64,000 nt of DNA from a virus (Duplodnaviria; Heunggongvirae; Uroviricota; Caudoviricetes), in the IMG/VR virus record IMGVR_UViG_3300012983_000030. One strand, given 5' to 3'. The notes under the pieces are model-generated. The model made no database searches. It worked only from the letters and a program-made list of their open reading frames with translations, and was not told the DNA's origin. The position numbers and the translations under genes are program-made. Each line of letters starts with the position of its first letter. The first letter of the stretch is position 1. Positions 45,210 to 55,406 of this stretch are shown here, piece by piece.

Positions 45210-47473
45210 TATATAATATCCTCCAAAGATTCTACTGATAATTCTTCACTAATGCTTTCATAGTAAGCATCTTTTAATCTATTTAAAAACTCATTATTAC
45301 GTAATTCTTTAAAAAGAGAATTGCCTTTACCAAATTCGCCTTCGGTTGCCAAACTCTCTTTACGCATTTTTCCTAATTTTTTCCAAAGATTACCGATTAT
45401 GTTGGAATCTTTTGATTGTATAGCTTTTTCAATTTCATTTACAATATGATTATAACAAGTCATATCAGGATCAGCTATTTCACCTTCTAACTTTTCTGGT
45501 TTTTTAATCCATTCATCTTTTAATAGTGAATATATACCACCAGCAACTAAAGGAGTATTAATGTTTTCGCAACCAACTTCTACTTTTAAACCTTTAATTG
45601 TAATATCATATTTTGAATTAAATACTTTTTTTGCAATTTTTAAATATTGTTCTAAAATTTCACTATTAATTCCAACATTTTCAAAATCAAAAACTAAATG
45701 TAAATCAATATCACTATGCTCATTGTAATTATAATTTGCATTACTTCCAGTAAAATAAATATCTACTGGTGCAAATAGCACTTCTAAAGACTCTTCAAAA
45801 GTTTTTGCTATTTTCAACATAGCTTCTTTTATATCTGATTTTAATTTGTCATTTTCAAATAATTCAGGATTTAATTCTTTCTTAAATTCTGTTTCTGATA
45901 AAGTACCACCTGAAGATGTTTTATGTGGTGAAATACCAAATGAATCTATTTTGGCTTGTGTAATTCCTGAATTTACCGCAGATTCTTTTTTATTTAAAGT
46001 TAAAGTTTTACCAGTTCTTTGTAAATCACGTACTTTATCTAACTTCTTTTGAGCATTTAATCTTCTTTGCACTCTATTTAAGAAGTTTCCTTCCATATCT
46101 CCCTGATTTCTAGTATTTGCAGGTTGAACTGGATTATTTGCTAAAAATTCATCTTCAGCTTTATTTATTATATTTTGTCTATCTACTTCATCATCTAAGC
46201 TTTTTTCTAAGAAATAACGTACTTTATACAATCTTTGTAATTCAGCATCATCGTTATTTCCATATAATCTATCACGATGTTGAATTTCTCTAATTTTATT
46301 ATCTAAAGATAACAGTGCTTGATTGATAGACTGAATATAATTTCTATCACTAGTATAAGATATTATTTCATCACGTTGTTGTACTAATCTTCCTACTAAA
46401 TCGGCATTTGCTTGATTTTTAGTAATTTCTTTATTTAAATAATCAACAGCAGCTTTTTGATTTGGAGAAAGATATTTATTAAAATTACCAGAATTATATA
46501 CCGCTGACCAATATTTTAATTCTTCTTTTTCTTCTGGTGATAAATTATCTTTACTCTGTAAAGCTTTCATATTATTTTGAGCATTGGTTACCATTGTACG
46601 TCTAGCAGATTGAGGTCTAGAATTACCTTTTGTACCTTTTGTCGCCCATTCTGCTTTAATGTTTCCTTTTGCGATATAACGAATTGAATTTGGATCGTCT
46701 TCTTTTTGAATAATTATACCGTTATAACCTGTTTCAGCAGGAGCTGTATTATTACCAGCACCAAAGAAAAACATTTGATATAAAGTATCCCAAAATAATG
46801 GATTTTGATATTTTAAACCATCTTCTACATTAAAACGTAATGGCTTATTATAGATGATATCTTTTTCCATATTTATAGGTTTTTTATCAGAAATATATGT
46901 TTTTAATATATTCTGGTCTTTCAAATCCTTTGGATTATCTACAATATCATGAAAATCTTTAACTAAATATAACTTTACCTTAGATTCTGGAGGTATGTAT
47001 TCATCACCTTTTACATTACCTGTAAAATAAGGATGTAAATCTGATAAATCTTCAGTGATAACTGATTCATCCCAGCCTTTCTTTGCTGGACCTCTTGTAT
47101 TTGGGTTACCTTTTTGACGCTCTCTGTTTAAAGATGGAATATCATTTAATAATTTTACATAATAGTCAGATAACATATTATTTCCTCTCCATTTAGAAAA
47201 CGCAGTACTAAACATCATATACGCATCCAAATTACTCTTTGCGTTTTTTTCAATCCAATCAAATACAGAAGCTTCGAAAACTTTTCTACTAACTAAACCA
47301 CGTTTAGCCATCTTATCATAAAAATCTTTTTTATCGGTAAATAAACCAGAAACCACTTTAAACTGATTGGTTTCTGTATCTAATACAATACCTTTATATT
47401 TTTCGTAATTACCATCTTTAGCGTATTCTTTTAATGAATCGTCTTCAATTTCTTTAAACAATTTTATAGGCAT
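45209..47473 (-). CDS. Large protein with C-terminal pol-beta nucleotidyltransferase domain
   Basis: DIYFTGSNANYNY...SDIDLH, I.G..VEV, G.YSL....W.K.P, R..SL..EGEF..GN..FK.LR. Confidence 0.75.
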   Translation of the reverse strand: MPIKLFKEIEDDSLKEYAKDGNYEKYKGIVLDTETNQFKVVSGLFTDKKDFYDKMAKRGLVSRKVFEASVFDWIEKNAKSNLDAYMMFSTAFSKWRGNNMLSDYYVKLLNDIPSLNRERQKGNPNTRGPAKKGWDESVITEDLSDLHPYFTGNVKGDEYIPPESKVKLYLVKDFHDIVDNPKDLKDQNILKTYISDKKPINMEKDIIYNKPLRFNVEDGLKYQNPLFWDTLYQMFFFGAGNNTAPAETGYNGIIIQKEDDPNSIRYIAKGNIKAEWATKGTKGNSRPQSARRTMVTNAQNNMKALQSKDNLSPEEKEELKYWSAVYNSGNFNKYLSPNQKAAVDYLNKEITKNQANADLVGRLVQQRDEIISYTSDRNYIQSINQALLSLDNKIREIQHRDRLYGNNDDAELQRLYKVRYFLEKSLDDEVDRQNIINKAEDEFLANNPVQPANTRNQGDMEGNFLNRVQRRLNAQKKLDKVRDLQRTGKTLTLNKKESAVNSGITQAKIDSFGISPHKTSSGGTLSETEFKKELNPELFENDKLKSDIKEAMLKIAKTFEESLEVLFAPVDIYFTGSNANYNYNEHSDIDLHLVFDFENVGINSEILEQYLKIAKKVFNSKYDITIKGLKVEVGCENINTPLVAGGIYSLLKDEWIKKPEKLEGEIADPDMTCYNHIVNEIEKAIQSKDSNIIGNLWKKLGKMRKESLATEGEFGKGNSLFKELRNNEFLNRLKDAYYESISEELSVESLEDII

Positions 47474-47510
47474 GAGTATATAATTCCAAATAAATTTTCA
47501 ATTTATTATT

Positions 47511-47516
47511 TAGAAC
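47511..47516 (-). promoter_or_regulatory. Putative late-promoter motif GTTCTA
   Basis: Upstream of ATG 47473. Confidence 0.55.
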
Positions 47517-47561
47517 TTTACAAAATATAGCTAAATCAATTTTAAGGACTGATAATATTAA

Positions 47562-47918
47562 CTAATTATTTAAGGCTTTTATTGTATCTGGTGAAACTTT
47601 TAAGATTGCTAGAATAAATGCTTTTATATCTGCAGTTAATCTATCTGTAAATAAGTTTTCTATTTTTGATAATTGGTCATAATCTTCTTCATTTAAATAA
47701 GGTTTTAGTTGTTGAACACTTATTGTATTTAATGATAATTCTCTTATTTTATTAACTGCTAAAAACTCTAATTTTGTTCTAGGTTTTTTCATAATATAAC
47801 CAAATACTTTATCCCAAGCTTTTGCTTCATCTTGAGATACTGTATTTGCTTTTATTTTTACATTAATTGATAAACTTGGAATTTTTCTATTATCACCAAA
47901 AATATCTATATTTGTCAT
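47562..47918 (-). CDS. Hypothetical protein
   Basis: 118-aa ORF in the portal operon. Confidence 0.55.
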   Translation of the reverse strand: MTNIDIFGDNRKIPSLSINVKIKANTVSQDEAKAWDKVFGYIMKKPRTKLEFLAVNKIRELSLNTISVQQLKPYLNEEDYDQLSKIENLFTDRLTADIKAFILAILKVSPDTIKALNN

Positions 47919-47923
47919 ATAAA

Positions 47924-48262
47924 TTAGACTCCTTTATATAAATTGTTTTCGTAATCTTCTACATTATCTAGCCAATCTTGTGCAGCAGCTGCAGTAAAAT
48001 ATTGACCAAAACTGTCTATAAAACGAATTTCTTTTTCTTTTATTATTTTTACTAAACTTTTATCAAAATCTATTAATAGTTTCTTTTCACTATTGATTTC
48101 ATCTAAAATCTTTTTGACTTTATCACCATCAAATTTTTGTATTAAAAGTTTTTCAAAAACGTAATAATTCATATATTCTTCAATTTGAGATTTCTTATTA
48201 TTTAAGTATATTAAATCCCATTTGCGCTGAACAATATATATACCTTGTAAATTATTCATCAT
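47924..48262 (-). CDS. Hypothetical protein
   Basis: 112-aa ORF overlapping the portal stop. Confidence 0.55.
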   Translation of the reverse strand: MMNNLQGIYIVQRKWDLIYLNNKKSQIEEYMNYYVFEKLLIQKFDGDKVKKILDEINSEKKLLIDFDKSLVKIIKEKEIRFIDSFGQYFTAAAAQDWLDNVEDYENNLYKGV

Positions 48263-50048
48263 CTACTTCTGTTTTTGTTAAACTGCTTTTAAGCAATGAT
48301 TCTTTTAAACTTCTATCTAATGTTGTTCTTTTTGTATTAACAAATTCCACTAATAATCTTTTTAAATCTGCTCTTTGATTTAAAAATTCTCTAGAAGTTA
48401 CTGAATATGTCACATGTTCTTCTAATTCTGGATTATCTTGTATCATACCAGGTTGTCTTATTTTTTGACCTATTAAGAATTTACCCAAATCTTCACCATT
48501 TGATAAAGTATTAATAGACACTTTTGAACAAATCAATGAAGCTAAATCAGTAGGCATACCAAGTTTGATTAAGAATTGAAATTTATTTACATCTGGCATT
48601 TCAGCATTTAATTCAAGAAAACTCTTCAATAAATCTGCAATATCTGAATATTTTTGAAGAATATCTGCTGGAATTTGAATAGGCTCATTTAATCCTACCT
48701 CTACTTCTAATTTACTTACATCATAACCAGCATGAGTTAATACATTTTCAACTAAGTTTAAAATACCGGTTAATAAAGCTTGCTTTAATGGAATTAATGT
48801 ACGACGTAATTTTAAGTCTTGTGCTTCTAAGGTTTGAGCTGTTGTGATTGTATCTTCACCAACTAAATAACCTTTAGGTAAACTAGAATTTCTTAAAATT
48901 TTATCTAAGAAATATTCAACGTCTTCAACTGAACTTAAATCAATATTAGATTCAATATGATCTACTTCAACTTTTTTACCATCATGCGACATCGGTAAAG
49001 TTAATATTGACATTGCACCAGGAATTTTACGTCCTGCTTTTGCACTACCTTGATCTGTAAAAATTGAATTTAAGTATTGACCTCTAAATTCATTCATATA
49101 GCCATATGCATCAACTAAATTTATGCCATTTGGTAATGGTACATAAAATACTAATCTTTGAATCTTAGATGCACGTGATAATGCTAGTAAACCTTCTAAT
49201 GAAGTTAACTGGTCGAATGCGGATCTCATTGACCAAAGCATTGATTTACCATAAGGTTCTGTAATTTCATCTGGAATAGAAAAATGTACAAATTGCCATG
49301 GTTGCCATGTTTTCTTTACATTCTTTGTAGATTGTATTTGATTAACATATGTAATATCTAAATCTGTTTCATAATTAATTGGATTATAAAACTCATCTGT
49401 ATTGACTTTAAAATATTTAGGATTTACAAAACTTATAATTAAATCTTCTAATACATCTATTTTATCAAAATCTATTTCAGTATCTTGCATCCAATTTTCT
49501 AAATAAGGATATTGCAAAATCATACCATAATTACCATATTTTGCAATTGAACGTGTTATATTAGCAAGACGTTGATAAATTTTATTTTTATAAAATATTT
49601 TTTCAATTAATTGTTGTGCTTTTTGATTGCTTATTCTTATTTTTAATGGATTATTTACAAATCCTTGTGCTAATACTTCTGCTACATATGTATCTAGCAT
49701 CAATCCAACTTCTGCTAAATTTTCATCCATCAAATCAAATGTTTTATAAGCAGATAACAAAGTATTATAATTGCCATTATAATATGTATAAGTGCTCATA
49801 AAATCATCATATAAGGAAAAATTACCATTTTTAATACCAGAATATTTCTGAGAAACAGGAATTGATATAAATTCACCGTTTTCTGTTTGACCAACAGTAA
49901 AATTATGCTTTTTTGCCAATCCTTTCAAGACATCGAAACTTATACCAGGATTAGATACAAATAACGTATCTGTTTCTTTATCGTGATATGAAGTTTCAAC
50001 AAAAGTTTTTGCAAATTTATGAAATACGCCGCTTGTCTTTTTCATCAT
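48252..50048 (-). CDS. Portal protein (T4 gp20-like)
   Basis: KYG, PWQFVHF, PYGKSML, QL..LE..L...R...RLVFYV, DVEYF..K....P..YL motifs. Confidence 0.88.
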   Translation of the reverse strand: MMKKTSGVFHKFAKTFVETSYHDKETDTLFVSNPGISFDVLKGLAKKHNFTVGQTENGEFISIPVSQKYSGIKNGNFSLYDDFMSTYTYYNGNYNTLLSAYKTFDLMDENLAEVGLMLDTYVAEVLAQGFVNNPLKIRISNQKAQQLIEKIFYKNKIYQRLANITRSIAKYGNYGMILQYPYLENWMQDTEIDFDKIDVLEDLIISFVNPKYFKVNTDEFYNPINYETDLDITYVNQIQSTKNVKKTWQPWQFVHFSIPDEITEPYGKSMLWSMRSAFDQLTSLEGLLALSRASKIQRLVFYVPLPNGINLVDAYGYMNEFRGQYLNSIFTDQGSAKAGRKIPGAMSILTLPMSHDGKKVEVDHIESNIDLSSVEDVEYFLDKILRNSSLPKGYLVGEDTITTAQTLEAQDLKLRRTLIPLKQALLTGILNLVENVLTHAGYDVSKLEVEVGLNEPIQIPADILQKYSDIADLLKSFLELNAEMPDVNKFQFLIKLGMPTDLASLICSKVSINTLSNGEDLGKFLIGQKIRQPGMIQDNPELEEHVTYSVTSREFLNQRADLKRLLVEFVNTKRTTLDRSLKESLLKSSLTKTEVDDE

Positions 50049-50054
50049 TTATTC

Positions 50055-50522
50055 CTATTTCCAAGAAAGATTTATGTAGATGTCAAATCTATTATTTGTT
50101 AACTTATCTACACATTCAATTTTACCTGATTTATACGCCAATACAACAAAACCTATTGAATAGTTTTCAGATAAAACTTGCTCTATTGGTTTTAAAATTT
50201 GTATTCCCTCAGAAGGAATACATTCAAAATCTGCCCATTTATTATAAATAAGACGTCCACTAATAAAATTTAATACTGGATACTCTTCTTGCCATTCATC
50301 TATCAAAGTTGTTTCAATTAAAATGCCAGTAGAAGTATCAGAAATCTTTTGTACTTCTAATACATCACCTCTACTAAAAGGTTTGTTACAAACAATTCTA
50401 GTTAATTTACTACGCATCCAAAATTCATAACTATGCTTATTATCTAAAACTGATTTATCACTAGCATAATATGAAATACAACGAAATGGTAAATTTAATT
50501 CAGCAAGATTAGTATTCTTCAT
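50055..50522 (-). CDS. Hypothetical protein
   Basis: 155-aa ORF with RBS. Confidence 0.55.
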   Translation of the reverse strand: MKNTNLAELNLPFRCISYYASDKSVLDNKHSYEFWMRSKLTRIVCNKPFSRGDVLEVQKISDTSTGILIETTLIDEWQEEYPVLNFISGRLIYNKWADFECIPSEGIQILKPIEQVLSENYSIGFVVLAYKSGKIECVDKLTNNRFDIYINLSWK

Positions 50523-50535
50523 TATTTATCCTTTT

Positions 50536-50718
50536 TTATCCATTTAAAGATTGTCTTATTTTTACTTCACCTGATTCAGTTACTGATGTTACAACTTTTT
50601 TTGAAGCTTTAGCTTTTTCTAATAATTCATCTTCTGATAATTCATCAATTTTTGAATCCAATTCTTCTTCTAATACTTTTTTTGTAGATTCAGTAATCAT
50701 TACTTTAGAATTAGTCAT
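50536..50718 (-). CDS. Small head-associated hypothetical protein
   Basis: 60 aa, AGGAG RBS, MITES site. Confidence 0.55.
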   Translation of the reverse strand: MTNSKVMITESTKKVLEEELDSKIDELSEDELLEKAKASKKVVTSVTESGEVKIRQSLNG

Positions 50719-50731
50719 ATTAAACTCCTTT

Positions 50732-51187
50732 TTATCTATTAGCTAATCTAATTTGTATTGCGTTTGGATTTAATACTAAACGCTCATTTATTTTGACTTC
50801 TTCTGCAGGTACTAATGGTAATACTGCTATTAATTCATATTGAATTTCTTTATTTAAATCATCGGTTTGGTATGCATAATATAAACCAACCCATTTAATA
50901 GTTTCACCGTTTTCTGTCCAATTTACTTTAGCTTTATCCCATTCAATAGCTTTTATATTTCTTATAATGCCATCAGTAGGAGTAGAAAATTCAATTGGAT
51001 CTTTATTAATAGTAAATCCTTTAGATACTGGCTCTTTTGTAAAAGAAAATGTATTTTCATCAAATTCTATACCTAATCCTACATAAATAGTAGTATTTGT
51101 ATAATTTTCTGTAGGTAATCCAAAAGAATTATCTAATACATTTTCAATGAATTTTGGAGAAAGCATAAATCTTAATTCTGAACTCAT
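50732..51187 (-). CDS. Virion structural protein (paralog of 51197-51649)
   Basis: YVGL, I.N...I.W....W...I.WVGLY pattern. Confidence 0.55.
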   Translation of the reverse strand: MSSELRFMLSPKFIENVLDNSFGLPTENYTNTTIYVGLGIEFDENTFSFTKEPVSKGFTINKDPIEFSTPTDGIIRNIKAIEWDKAKVNWTENGETIKWVGLYYAYQTDDLNKEIQYELIAVLPLVPAEEVKINERLVLNPNAIQIRLANR

Positions 51188-51196
51188 GATACTATC

Positions 51197-51649
51197 CTAT
51201 ATATCTGTTAAACTTAAGTTAATTGCACCAGGAGCTAAAACAATAGTTTCTCCTTTAAGAATTGTTTCAAAAGTAGGTAAACGCAAAACAACTAAAGGTT
51301 TTACTAATTCTTTATTTTTTTCAAAAGCAAGTGTATCAAAAACACCTATCATTTCAATTTTAGTAGTAGCATCTGTCCAATTTTCAGAAGCTGTATTAAA
51401 TACAATTTCATTTATATTAGAAATTACATTATTATCTGCTTTTCCAAAAATTACACGAGCTCTTTTATAATTACCAAGTGGTCTACCACCAAAAACTTCA
51501 CTAAAATCACTAGTATTTACCTGAGCACCTGTTTGAGTTAAACCTAAACCAATATAAATTTCTTTTTCTGTCAAATCCGGAGAAACCAATCCGAAATATT
51601 CAGACAAAAGCTTATTCATAAATTCGGTTTGTAAACCATAAATTGCCAT
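51197..51649 (-). CDS. Virion structural protein (tail/neck decoration family)
   Basis: YIGL, Y.R..V.F, ISN...I.F..A..NW, IGVFD, GETI...PG.I pattern. Confidence 0.6.
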   Translation of the reverse strand: MAIYGLQTEFMNKLLSEYFGLVSPDLTEKEIYIGLGLTQTGAQVNTSDFSEVFGGRPLGNYKRARVIFGKADNNVISNINEIVFNTASENWTDATTKIEMIGVFDTLAFEKNKELVKPLVVLRLPTFETILKGETIVLAPGAINLSLTDI

Positions 51650-51682
51650 AAATCTATTTCCTTATTTTATATAATTCTCTTA

Positions 51683-52825
51683 TTAATTTAGAACTGAAAT
51701 CGCTAAACTCTTTACAGAAACAACAGTATTATTTTGTAATGGATAAAGATATTTAACACCTTGTATTTCTTGAACTTCTAAAGTTTCTTGAATTAAATCA
51801 CCATCCCATGAAGTTGTACTTAATGAAATAATAGCTTCATCATCGCCTTTATTTATATGAAACAGCAATGGTGTTTCACCTGCAAAATCTGTATATCCTG
51901 TATTTGTATTTAATTTAAACCCTAATATTTCACCAGATTCTGATACTTTTGTAATAGTCAATTCAAATGGAATACTTTCGGTACCCTCTTCATTTAATAT
52001 TATTTCAATAGGATATCCTTCTTCTGTTAAAATAGGATATGTTTCATTTACTTTGAAATTCTTACCTGGTTTAATAATATTTTGTGCTCTATCATCATAA
52101 TAAAGCATTACTTCCACTTCTTCTTCAAAAATTGGAAAATCTGGAATTTGTTCCCAAATAGCATCTCTATAAATTTTTTGAACTTTTGTGTTATCTATAG
52201 CATTTCGTATAAACCAAATCGTACCTTGTGCTCTTGTTTGATTTGTTTTACTTAAATTATTTGTATTCCAATCAAACCAAATTATACCCTGAGCTGTTTC
52301 TGAATTTTCGTAAGTCTCTTCTCTTGCAGGAACACAATTAGCAATTCTAGTATAAGTTTTACTATTGCTAAGTTGTTTCATTTGAGTACCTAAAACTACC
52401 CATTCTCTAGCTATCTTTTCTTCACGAGAATTGTATTCATTAAATATAATTCGAGAATTTCTAGGTAAATGCAATTTAGATGGAATTAATACCTCTAGAG
52501 GATATAATGCATCCATACCATCTGCAGACATACCTTCTTCTGATACATTTTGACGATATTCTGTAAATTTTGGTACCACTGTTTCAGTAGTATCAATCCA
52601 ACAAATATCTACAAAATTACTATATTCATCTACATTATTTTCTAAAATATTACCATCTTTGTCAGCTGGTATTCTCACCAATACTGAAATACCCCAGTTA
52701 CTAAATAAAGCTTCATCTCTAAGTGCAGCTAAATAAGACGCATGTTCATCTATAAATGCATCTCTTAAATTATATACTGAAAAGTTAGTTTCTTTTAGTC
52801 TTGATATATTTTGTTTTCTAGCCAT
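51683..52825 (-). CDS. Probable neck/head-closure protein (gp14-like) with C-terminal extension
   Basis: EAL...WG..V N-terminus and beta-barrel-like first half; head-cluster position. Confidence 0.45.
   Translation of the reverse strand: MARKQNISRLKETNFSVYNLRDAFIDEHASYLAALRDEALFSNWGISVLVRIPADKDGNILENNVDEYSNFVDICWIDTTETVVPKFTEYRQNVSEEGMSADGMDALYPLEVLIPSKLHLPRNSRIIFNEYNSREEKIAREWVVLGTQMKQLSNSKTYTRIANCVPAREETYENSETAQGIIWFDWNTNNLSKTNQTRAQGTIWFIRNAIDNTKVQKIYRDAIWEQIPDFPIFEEEVEVMLYYDDRAQNIIKPGKNFKVNETYPILTEEGYPIEIILNEEGTESIPFELTITKVSESGEILGFKLNTNTGYTDFAGETPLLFHINKGDDEAIISLSTTSWDGDLIQETLEVQEIQGVKYLYPLQNNTVVSVKSLAISVLN
51689..51694 (-). promoter_or_regulatory. Putative late-promoter motif GTTCTA
   Basis: Overlaps the end of the upstream gene, about 40 nt before ATG 51649. 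Confidence 0.45.
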
Positions 52826-52861
52826 TTTAAATGATTTAAATAAAAAGTTTCAATATATTCT

Positions 52862-52867
52862 TAGAAC
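52862..52867 (-). promoter_or_regulatory. Putative late-promoter motif GTTCTA for the portal operon
   Basis: Upstream of ATG 52825. Confidence 0.55.
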
Positions 52868-52904
52868 TTAAATTAATACTATTCTAGTTTTTTAACAAAC
52901 TCAT

Positions 52905-52934
52905 AAAAAAGGGTCTCTATAACAAAGACCCTTT
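52905..52934 (-). terminator. Intrinsic terminator after groEL
   Basis: AAGGGTCT/AGACCCTT stem with a T tail on the - strand. Confidence 0.75.
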
Positions 52935-52967
52935 CCTCTAATATTGCAATTTAACTTATTTATAATA

Positions 52968-54617
52968 TTACATCATTCCAGTTGGCATCATATTAAGATT
53001 AACACCTTTGTTTTCAATAGGATCAACTGCAATCATAACATTCGAAGTAAGAGCTACAGCAGCAATAGAAGAAGCTGCATATACAGTTCCTTTTACTACC
53101 TTACAAGGATCATAAATACCTTCTTCAAGCAAATTAACAACTTCCAAACTCTTTGCATTGTATCCAATATTTATATCCTTTTTAGCCAATACTTCACGCA
53201 TTACTAATTCAACTGGAACTCCTGCATTTTCAAGAATTGTCTTGAAAGGAGCTTTCATTGCATTAGCAAATACTTTTATACCAAGTGCTTCATCTGTATT
53301 ATTTGAAAGTACTTCACTTTCAATTTTTTCAGATAAATGCAACAATGTATTACCCGCACCTGGCAAATAACCTTCCTCTAAAGCAGCTTTAACTGCATAT
53401 TGAGCATCATCTAATCTATCACGTAATTCTTTAATTTCTTCTTCTGAAGAACCACCTACTTGAATTACCGCTACACCTGTAGTAAGAGAAGCTAAACGTT
53501 TACCTAATTGTTCTCTTTCAAAAGTATCATTTTCTTTTAAAGCACCAATTAAGCCTTCGATTGCTTCAACTCTTGCTGCAATCTTGGTTACATCACCTCT
53601 ACCACCGCGAATAATTGTTTCATCTTTTTTAATAACAATTTTTTCACAACTACCAAAATCAGCAGTAGTCATTGTATCATACTTGATGCCCATTGGATCA
53701 TCACCAACATTAGCACCGGTATAAATACCTAAATCACGAAGGATATCTAAACGACGATCTCCATATCCAGGTGCTTCAACACAAGCAACTTTTAATTGTC
53801 CACCTGTTCTGAAAATATTCATAGCTAAACCTTGTGTAACGCTAGTATCAAAAGATTCTGCTATTACTACAACTGGAGTACCATTCTGTACAGTACCTTG
53901 AATTAACTGAATTAATGCTCCAAAATTTGAAATTTTTGAATTACAAAGTAAAATTTTTGGATTATCAAATTCAACTGTTTGTTCTTCATGATTTGTTACA
54001 AAAAATTGTGAAGTCCAACCTTTATTAAAAGTCATACCTTCTTTAAATTCTAAACGAATATCACGATCTTTTGTTTCTTCAACTAATACTACACCTGCTT
54101 TTCCAACTTTTTGATAGGCTTCTGCAACAATTTTACCTAATTTTTCATCACCATTGGCTGAAACAGTAGCAACATTTATCAAATCTTGATCCGTTTTAAC
54201 TTCTATTGCTAAATTATCAAGTTGTGAAATAACATAATCTCTAGCTTTTTCAATACCTCTTCTAAAAGAAGTACGATTTACAGCATGTTCACTTAATTCA
54301 ATTTGACGAATACCACCATTTACAATAGCTTGGCCAATTACTGTAGCACTAGTTGTACCATCACCAACAGAATCCATTTGTTTTTGAGCGATTGAAATAG
54401 CTAAATCAGCTCCTAATTTAACTTTTTCATCTTTTGGTGAAATTTCTTTAGCAACACTAACACCGTCTTTAGTAATAATTGGCATTTTATCTTCGCGTTG
54501 AATAACTACTGTATTTCCAGCTGGACCTAAAGTAGATCTAACAGCATTTGCTACTAAATTCAAACCTTCCACTAAATAATTTTGAGTATCTTTTCCAAAA
54601 TATGCAGATTTACTCAT
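52968..54617 (-). CDS. groEL: Chaperonin GroEL
   Basis: TLGP.G, ITKDGVSVAKEI, GDGTTSA, SANGD, APGYGDRR, GVAVI.VG, DP.KV. Confidence 0.97.
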   Translation of the reverse strand: MSKSAYFGKDTQNYLVEGLNLVANAVRSTLGPAGNTVVIQREDKMPIITKDGVSVAKEISPKDEKVKLGADLAISIAQKQMDSVGDGTTSATVIGQAIVNGGIRQIELSEHAVNRTSFRRGIEKARDYVISQLDNLAIEVKTDQDLINVATVSANGDEKLGKIVAEAYQKVGKAGVVLVEETKDRDIRLEFKEGMTFNKGWTSQFFVTNHEEQTVEFDNPKILLCNSKISNFGALIQLIQGTVQNGTPVVVIAESFDTSVTQGLAMNIFRTGGQLKVACVEAPGYGDRRLDILRDLGIYTGANVGDDPMGIKYDTMTTADFGSCEKIVIKKDETIIRGGRGDVTKIAARVEAIEGLIGALKENDTFEREQLGKRLASLTTGVAVIQVGGSSEEEIKELRDRLDDAQYAVKAALEEGYLPGAGNTLLHLSEKIESEVLSNNTDEALGIKVFANAMKAPFKTILENAGVPVELVMREVLAKKDINIGYNAKSLEVVNLLEEGIYDPCKVVKGTVYAASSIAAVALTSNVMIAVDPIENKGVNLNMMPTGMM

Positions 54618-54639
54618 ATGATTTCTCCTTTTTTTAATT

Positions 54640-54948
54640 TTACTCTACGATTTCTGCTTCAATTTCTTTTGCAACAATATCCGCAGCATATACTCTAATA
54701 AGTTTCTCTCCATTAAAGTTTACTTTTGTTCCAGAAACTTTAGCAAATGCAATCTTATCACCAATTTGTACTTCAGTTGGAACAAAAGTGCCTTTTTGCC
54801 AATAACCGTTTGAGCATGAAACTACTTCACCAAAAGTAAAATCAACATCTAATGAATCTGGAATAATCCAATCACCGACTTTGTTTTCTCTAACAATTTC
54901 TTTTACAAAAACATTAGGACCAACGGCTGCATACATTTTATTACTCAT
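54640..54948 (-). CDS. groES: Co-chaperonin GroES
   Basis: G.IIPD, GEVVS, V..GDK..F.K.SGT.V, DIVA; directly upstream of groEL. Confidence 0.88.
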   Translation of the reverse strand: MSNKMYAAVGPNVFVKEIVRENKVGDWIIPDSLDVDFTFGEVVSCSNGYWQKGTFVPTEVQIGDKIAFAKVSGTKVNFNGEKLIRVYAADIVAKEIEAEIVE

Positions 54949-55166
54949 TAGTCATTCTCCTTTTCAAAATATTCTAAAATATCTTCACTACCTTTAATTA
55001 AAGTACCATCATCTAATTGTAAAGTAGGTAAAGATTTTACCCCTGCTGCTTGCGCTTTTTCCATATTTTCATCAGCAATACACATATCAACATTTATATT
55101 ACTTGCTTTCAGTGCTTCCTTTAAATTTTTACAAGGAATACAATTTTTTCCAACAAATAGTAGCAT
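54948..55166 (-). CDS. Glutaredoxin/NrdH-like redoxin
   Basis: CIPC active site, VKSLPT cis-Pro loop; ATG 55166 has an AGGAG RBS. Confidence 0.85.
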   Translation of the reverse strand: MLLFVGKNCIPCKNLKEALKASNINVDMCIADENMEKAQAAGVKSLPTLQLDDGTLIKGSEDILEYFEKEND

Positions 55167-55176
55167 AGCTTCTCCT

Positions 55177-55356
55177 TTAGAATTTAAAAAAATCGATTGC
55201 TTTTGCAAAAAAGTTGTTATTTTTCTTTTCTTCTTTAGCAACAGGTTCCCATTTATGTTTTAGCTCTGTTTCTTTTTTAATATCTTCTTGAGCTTCATCT
55301 TTTTGTTTTTTAACAGTTTTTACTCTTTTAATTACTTTTTTTGCTTCCTTAGCCAT
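55177..55356 (-). CDS. 59-aa basic protein (not in ORF track)
   Basis: MAKEAKKVIKRVK...FFAKAIDFFKF; GAGG RBS; fills the gap exactly. Confidence 0.6.
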   Translation of the reverse strand: MAKEAKKVIKRVKTVKKQKDEAQEDIKKETELKHKWEPVAKEEKKNNNFFAKAIDFFKF

Positions 55357-55406
55357 ATTATTTTCCTCAAAATTAAAACATATTGTATATTATAGAATAC
55401 CAACTC

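Noticed and set aside
54948-55241. 97-aa version of the glutaredoxin
   Set aside because: ATG 55166 has an AGGAG RBS, and the upstream part belongs to the 59-aa ORF in another frame
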